A stretch of 64,000 nt of DNA from contig OX597819.1 in the NCBI GenBank assembly GCA_951406725.2, positions 10,726,001-10,790,000 of the forward strand, given 5' to 3'. Positions 63,991 to 64,000 of this stretch are shown in pieces. Position 1 is the first letter of the stretch. Each line of letters opens with the position of its first letter. The stretch comes from Octopus vulgaris (taxonomy: Eukaryota). A program made the translations under genes and the position numbers. The notes below the pieces were generated by a model, which did no database searches, was not told where the DNA came from, and saw nothing but the letters and a program-made list of their open reading frames with translations.

Positions 63991-64000
63991 AAGGATCACT

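Overview
This is AT-rich, repeat-dense eukaryotic DNA with no securely identifiable host gene. The SINE, LINE and microsatellite repertoire looks like an octopus or other cephalopod genome, which is an inference from recalled repeat sequences. The dominant structure is a very young ~5.9 kb inverted (hairpin) pair of Penelope-like retroelements at 16938-22875. It encodes RT plus a C-terminal GIY-YIG endonuclease (Naiad-like by motifs), sits in a (TA)n tract, and carries a minimal hammerhead-like motif in each 3' terminal region. An older related relic at ~57300-58830 shows the same inverted arrangement and contains a ~395-bp foldback element whose centre holds hammerhead-core sequences. The rest of the window holds four tRNA-derived SINE families, 5'-truncated RTE LINE ends, decayed R4/Dong-like LINEs, mariner/Tc1 fossils, non-autonomous Helitron-type elements and microsatellites. 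It also has small rearrangement scars, including a templated insertion copied from 3.35 kb away, a SINE-Helitron microhomology junction and local duplications. Most ORFs in the supplied track are artefacts of microsatellites and SINEs. All analysis was by eye, with no searches or folding run.
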